From a virus (lineage: Duplodnaviria > Caudoviricetes): a stretch of DNA of 27,990 bases. Numbering within the stretch: the first letter of the stretch is position 1; every line of letters starts with the position of its first letter. Under the pieces are notes generated by a model. That model did no database searches. It saw only the letters and a list, made by a program, of their open reading frames with translations, and had not been told where the DNA came from. The translations under genes and the position numbers were made by a program. The stretch lies in the IMG/VR virus record IMGVR_UViG_3300004369_000107, positions 1-27,990 of that record, one strand, 5' to 3'. Positions 27,130 to 27,990 of this stretch are shown here, in pieces.

Positions 27130-27537
27130 ATGTCAGCAGCAAGTGATTATTTAGAAAATAAAGTACTGGACCATGTTTTAACCAGTACCGGTTACACAGC
27201 ACCAGTCACAAGATATATTGGTTTATTCCTTAATACCAGTGGTAATGCCGCTACTAATCTTGAAGCAGGTACTTTAACTGATGAAGTTTCAGGTGGAAGT
27301 TATGCAAGACAAACTGTTACCTTTGGCGCAGCTTCAGCCGGTCAATCAGCTACCAATGCAACAGTAACATTTACAACAGCTACTGCTAACTGGGGAACAA
27401 TTACCCATGTTGCTGTAATGGATGCCGTATCTGGAGGTAATGTTTTGTTCTGGGGTGCAGTAACAACAAGTAAAACTATCGAAACCGGTGACACATTCCA
27501 AATTAGCTCAGGTAATTTAACAATTAGTTTAGCTTAA
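27130..27537 (+). CDS. Small structural protein (putative fibre or tail-decoration subunit)
   Basis: SDYLENKVLDH...Y..LF...EVSGGSYARQ.VTF...F..AT..WGTITH..V.DA.SGGN.LF.G.....KTI..GD.F motif, which I recognise from phage virion modules. Strong AAGGAG RBS and its own terminator. Confidence 0.75.
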   Translation: MSAASDYLENKVLDHVLTSTGYTAPVTRYIGLFLNTSGNAATNLEAGTLTDEVSGGSYARQTVTFGAASAGQSATNATVTFTTATANWGTITHVAVMDAVSGGNVLFWGAVTTSKTIETGDTFQISSGNLTISLA

Positions 27538-27550
27538 TCTACCGATTCTA

Positions 27551-27577
27551 GGGTGGCTTAGGTCGCCCATTTTTTTT
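27551..27577 (+). terminator. Rho-independent terminator
   Basis: GGGTGGC-TTAG-GTCGCCC-A followed by T8. Confidence 0.8.
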
Positions 27578-27592
27578 AATAAGGAATAAAAC

Positions 27593-27990
27593 ATGGCTAC
27601 GATAGTTTTAAGGAGTGTTAAAGGCAGTGCATTAACCTTTGCAGAAGGTGACAGCAATTTTAGCAATCTTAACACTGATAAAATAGAATTAACTGATCTT
27701 TCAGTAACCAGTAATTCAGCCAGTGGTGGAGGAACTTTAAGTTATACTGATAGCACAGGTGTTTTCAATTTTACACCACCTGATCTTACCAGTTATATTG
27801 ATTTAACTGATCTTTCAGTAACCAGTAATGCAGCCTCAGGTGGAGGAGCATTAAGTTACAATAATACCACAGGTGTTTTCAATTTTACACCACCTGATTT
27901 GACCAGTTATATTGATTTAACTGATCTTTCAGTAACCAGTAATGCAGCCTCAGGTGGAGGAGCATTAAGTTACAATAATACCACAGGTGT
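27593..27990 (+). CDS. N-terminal part of the junction-spanning fibre-like protein (about 271 aa if circularised with three repeats)
   Basis: AAGGA RBS. Translation begins MATIVLRSVKGSALTFAEGDSNFSNLNTDK, then 38-aa repeats. No stop before the window end. Confidence 0.85.
   Translation, partial: MATIVLRSVKGSALTFAEGDSNFSNLNTDKIELTDLSVTSNSASGGGTLSYTDSTGVFNFTPPDLTSYIDLTDLSVTSNAASGGGALSYNNTTGVFNFTPPDLTSYIDLTDLSVTSNAASGGGALSYNNTTG
27683..27990 (+). repeat. 114-bp (38-aa) coding tandem repeat
   Basis: Units start at 27683, 27797 and 27911, and the last continues into 1-114. Unit sequence I(D/E)LTDLSVTSN(A/S)ASGGG(A/T)LSY...TGVF.FTPPDLTSY. Confidence 0.92.

Noticed and set aside
1-27990. Prophage, gene transfer agent or alternative genetic code
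   Set aside because: No host genes, att sites or integrase are visible and the ends join within a phage gene. The standard code gives dense, full-length ORFs.

Overview
The window looks like an essentially complete ~27.9 kb genome of a long-tailed (siphovirus-type) dsDNA phage-like element. Bases 27911-27990 repeat bases 1-80, and one ORF reads in frame across the junction. All credible genes are on the + strand. It carries a full virion set: TerS, TerL, portal, endonuclease VII, scaffold, major capsid, head-tail joining proteins, tail tube, a tail chaperone with a -1 frameshift, tape measure, distal tail, hub, tail tip, and about 13 kb of LamG, Ig-like and BspA/DUF285 adhesins. A ~3.3 kb block (5.9-9.2 kb) holds tiny ORFs and two highly structured non-coding segments. 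I could recognise no DNA polymerase, helicase, primase, SSB, integrase, repressor, sigma factor or endolysin. Five gene-block boundaries carry the T4-type late promoter motif (N)ATAAATA, including a perfect TATAAATA ahead of the scaffold-capsid-tail operon, yet the element encodes no gp55, gp33 or gp45. The main hypothesis is a virophage-like satellite that builds its own particle but borrows replication and late transcription from a T4-like helper phage. All family calls come from motif recognition by eye, not database searches.
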